Shown here in pieces: positions 35,786 through 35,803 of a stretch of DNA of 35,803 bases. The notes under the pieces are model-generated. The model was not told the origin of the DNA. It saw only the letters and a list, made by a program, of their open reading frames with translations, and searched no databases. This DNA comes from Jimgerdemannia flammicorona (taxonomy: Eukaryota). The DNA lies in contig RBNJ01000238.1 in NCBI GenBank assembly GCA_003990765.1, positions 1 through 35,803 of the forward strand, read 5' to 3'. Each line of letters starts with the position of its first letter. Position 1 is the stretch's first letter. Made by a program: the position numbers and the translations under genes.

Positions 35786-35803
35786 GAGTTTTTTTTTTTT
35801 TTT

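Overview
Intron-rich eukaryotic DNA, most likely an early-diverging filamentous fungus (Mucoromycota/Endogonales-like; inferred from gene families and intron style, not proven). Gene-bearing stretches of normal GC alternate with transposon blocks that are strongly C>T/G>A hypermutated. Apparently intact genes: an AlkB-family dioxygenase (5832-6868,+), an aprataxin with a plant-APTX-like permuted macrodomain (29367-32127,-), tRNA-Asp(GTC) and an intronless NMNAT-like gene. Broken genes: cysteine synthase, a SAM methyltransferase, an SDR, a UBZ-like/multi-RRM/bacterial-type PARG (DUF2263) fusion, and two related RNI-like LRR arrays built from 84-nt exon + homologous-intron cassettes, mostly with AAG acceptors. 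Mobile elements: a ~7.2 kb LTR element (tRNA-Pro PBS, gag, protease, dUTPase, no recognisable RT/IN) and a 5'-truncated DIRS-type tyrosine-recombinase retrotransposon with a Dam-like MT domain, sitting between the truncated PARG and LRR genes. Paired repeats show deamination rising from element edges inwards, with CpG lost first. All protein calls come from manual translation and motif recognition; no searches were run.
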